This document shows, piece by piece, positions 61,381-64,000 of a DNA stretch of 64,000 nucleotides. Positions within the stretch are counted from its first letter, which is position 1. Every line of letters starts with the position of its first letter. Where the stretch lies: assembly GCA_965235115.1 (NCBI GenBank), contig OZ249450.1:12896001-12960000 (forward strand), in the 5' to 3' direction. Source of the DNA: Laetmonice hystrix (Eukaryota). The notes beneath the pieces are model-generated. The model saw only the letters and a program-made list of their open reading frames with translations. It did no database searches and was not told where the DNA came from. Position numbers and translations under genes: made by a program.

Positions 61381-63408
61381 ATGTCGAGCGGTGTGGCGTG
61401 TTGCCAGGCCAACCTGCGGGCATGGATCAGTGTGGTGGTTATCGTCCAGTGTGCTCTCATCCTCTTATACTGGGACGTCACACGCAACCAGTCTCCCCAG
61501 TCTCCCCAGTCTCCCCAGTCCCAGCCGCTCCGGTTTCAGAGCTGGCCCGGGGATGGCGGAGACGGAGGTGGCGACAGGACGGGAGCTCGCGACAACGAGG
61601 ACGTCGTGAGGAACGCCAACAACGAAGCGCCACCTGGTGTTAAAGGAGGGAACCACAAAAATAGCCACAACGAGGCAACCGGCATGAAAGACGCCGGTCC
61701 TCCAAAACAGGTACAGGAGGACGCTGGAAACATCAACACTGCTGAAAGTGGTGTTCTTCGTATGGCGCCATCTGGTGGACAAAAGTTACAAAACTCGCGA
61801 GACTCTTCACCCAACAAAAACAACGCAACTCGGCAAGAAAATCACTACGCAGATACCAACGCCCTCCAACAACCTAACCAACGTCAGATCAAAGTTTCAG
61901 ACAATGCTAACAAACCCCCAAACTTACTACAATCAAAACGGTTGATTGATGGTTGGTTGGTATCCTACCGACCTCTCTCAAGCATCAAACCAACGAATAA
62001 GGTTCACGTGTTGCGGACTTCACAACATCAAAATATCACTTTTGATCGAGGTAGAGAGAGTGCGCATCCAGGTCTATCTCCAAAACTTGGCATGCCTGGG
62101 GTTAAGGGAAATATAACGTGGCGCTCTGACCTTGGACCACACGTCCACTCACCTATTGACCTCAACGAAAAGGTCAACTTCACCGACCCATACTCTGTCA
62201 ACGCCAGTAGCCAAATCTTTAACATGGAACCCATAGAAACGTTTTTGCAAAGATTCCCAACTTTGCCAGCGGTCTTTCAGTTGAAACCGGGAGATGACGT
62301 GTTCTCTCGGTATTTTATCAAAAATGGCGCCAGCCTCTGTTTTACTGGGGGCACGGCGCATGCGTCTGACGCGGCGGGTAAGATGTCCTACGACGGGTGT
62401 CTCTGTGAGAAAGGCTGGCATGGACGCTACTGTAGCATCCCGGAGTCGGTTTACTTCTCGACGGGGTCCCGCTTTGTCGAGGGTCTCAAACCTCGCAATG
62501 TCTCGCGGCGCGTGATTTCGGCCATGGCTTTCAATATGGAGTTCGAATTACTGGAAGCGAGGCTGCATGAGTTGCACGATGTCGTGGATGTTTTTATCAT
62601 ACTGGAATCGAATTACACCAACTATGGAGAATCGAAACCGTTACGGTTACTGCAGAGACTGCGAGACGGATACCTGAAGGAGTTTCACTCCAAGATTCTT
62701 TATCTGTTCTGGGGACGATTCCCGTCCGGTGGGAGGGAAGACGGCTGGATTGTTGACCAATACATGAGAATGTTTATTGGACAAGCAGGGATGCGACGCA
62801 TTTCAAACTCCCGTCTTGATGACATTTTTCTCTACACAGACGCCGACGAACTGCCGTCTAGGGAAGCCATTTTGTTTTTACGAATGCACGACGGTTACTC
62901 GGAACCGTTCGGTATTTCTCTCCGCTGGTCGGTGTTCGGATTCTTTTGGCGCCAGCTCGACGCAACTCGCGTTATGATTGGCTGTACAGTGGGAATGTTC
63001 AGATACGTGTTTAAAAATGACGGTTACCAGCTGAGGTCGGGCGACTACCAGGCTCAGTCAAACCGTATGCTCCATGCCTATATTAGATCTGGTGCTTTCG
63101 TTTACGAATGGCACCTTGGAGATAACTCGGCGTTCGCCGGCTGGCATTGCTCCTGGTGCCTGCCACCAGTGCGCGTGCGCACCAAGCTGACTTCCGCCAT
63201 TAACGCTGATTTCCCGAGGTGGGGCGACTTTCCACAGAAACTCCAGTTGTCCTATCTCCGACATTTGATTAAGTCAGGCACGTGGTTTGACGACAAGACC
63301 AGGTTTGGCCGCTTGGTCACAATGAGTGAAGAGCCAACCTTTGCACCAAAATACTTACTTGATAACTATAGTAAGTTTAAGTATTTACTTGATCTAGAAG
63401 CTGCTTAG
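61381..63408 (+). CDS. MGAT3: beta-1,4-mannosyl-glycoprotein 4-beta-N-acetylglucosaminyltransferase (GnT-III-like, GT17), 675 aa type II membrane protein
   Basis: Short tail, then TM (ISVVVIVQCALILLYW) and a long stem. Cys motif CLCEKGWHGRYCSIP; RRVISAMAFNMEFELLEARLHELHDVVDVFIILESNYTNYGESKPL; DxD in DDIFLYTDADELP; FAGWHCSWC. All match recalled GnT-III motifs. Acceptor tgctgcAG at 61369 precedes the ATG at 61381. Single coding exon, as in vertebrate MGAT3. Orthology versus paralogy was not tested. Confidence 0.92.
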   Translation: MSSGVACCQANLRAWISVVVIVQCALILLYWDVTRNQSPQSPQSPQSQPLRFQSWPGDGGDGGGDRTGARDNEDVVRNANNEAPPGVKGGNHKNSHNEATGMKDAGPPKQVQEDAGNINTAESGVLRMAPSGGQKLQNSRDSSPNKNNATRQENHYADTNALQQPNQRQIKVSDNANKPPNLLQSKRLIDGWLVSYRPLSSIKPTNKVHVLRTSQHQNITFDRGRESAHPGLSPKLGMPGVKGNITWRSDLGPHVHSPIDLNEKVNFTDPYSVNASSQIFNMEPIETFLQRFPTLPAVFQLKPGDDVFSRYFIKNGASLCFTGGTAHASDAAGKMSYDGCLCEKGWHGRYCSIPESVYFSTGSRFVEGLKPRNVSRRVISAMAFNMEFELLEARLHELHDVVDVFIILESNYTNYGESKPLRLLQRLRDGYLKEFHSKILYLFWGRFPSGGREDGWIVDQYMRMFIGQAGMRRISNSRLDDIFLYTDADELPSREAILFLRMHDGYSEPFGISLRWSVFGFFWRQLDATRVMIGCTVGMFRYVFKNDGYQLRSGDYQAQSNRMLHAYIRSGAFVYEWHLGDNSAFAGWHCSWCLPPVRVRTKLTSAINADFPRWGDFPQKLQLSYLRHLIKSGTWFDDKTRFGRLVTMSEEPTFAPKYLLDNYSKFKYLLDLEAA

Positions 63409-64000
63409 GCCAAAATCTTGTTCGTATCGAACAGGCTGTGTTTGTGCGTGTGGGGGTGAGTGTGTCTGTGTTCGTGTGGGATGTAATTAAGACGAAGCAC
63501 TGAAAAGTATTAAAACACGAGAAAAGGGGAAAGGGTAGAAACTCTTTGTTCAAAAGGTAGGGAATTTCCAGATATGTACATACATGTGTCAACAATTTCT
63601 TCTTAATTCAACCTTTTCTTCCGGTGTTTTCTTTCGATATTTTAGCCATATTTTCGAATGAGAGAATTACAATTTAAATGCCATTTTTGAATACACAATG
63701 TAGATTATAAACGACTCGAAATTTCGAATTGTTTATAAAAGAGAAAATTATGGATATGCAAATATAAGAAAGAATTATAGGTGGAAGTTGTTCCAAATAT
63801 AAATATGGTATCCGTAAAGTTTACGGAGATTGAAGAGGAAGTGCCAAATAATATGCTCCTTATATAAAGATTTAATCTTGAATCTGATATAACCAGACAT
63901 ATAATTCCGTAAAGATAACTACGCATTCTTGGTTTTGTGGATTAAACGACGCCTATTAAAATGATGCCAATAGCTGTTTGGCATTTGGAAATAAAGCCAT

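Overview
Eukaryotic (animal) genomic DNA, most consistent with a marine invertebrate such as a lophotrochozoan; this is inferred from gene types and repeat landscape, not from a database search. Three well-supported protein-coding genes lie on the + strand, each with a single coding exon. Two are tandem paralogous class A GPCRs of the FMRFamide/peptide-receptor-like type (3042-4202 and 8288-9454). The third is an MGAT3/GnT-III-like GT17 glycosyltransferase (61381-63408). The ~52 kb between them is packed with about 14 unrelated minisatellite arrays, several MITE-like TIR elements, relics of Tc1, LINE and Kolobok-like transposons, promoter-like motif clusters, a few orphan candidate exons and a 137-N gap. 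No CRISPR, rRNA or intact tRNA gene was found. The most notable observations are: (1) a Maverick/Polinton-type packaging-ATPase fragment enclosed by ~40-bp inverted repeats just downstream of GPCR2; (2) a 188-nt perfectly identical tract between otherwise synonymously diverged GPCR paralogs, suggesting gene conversion; (3) two minisatellites built from transposon termini; (4) recurrent hairpin/palindrome cores in unrelated minisatellite units; (5) a 934-bp TIR element carrying a 47-bp-arm palindrome and a promoter/first-exon-like cargo. All family assignments rest on motif recognition by eye and need HMM/BLAST confirmation.
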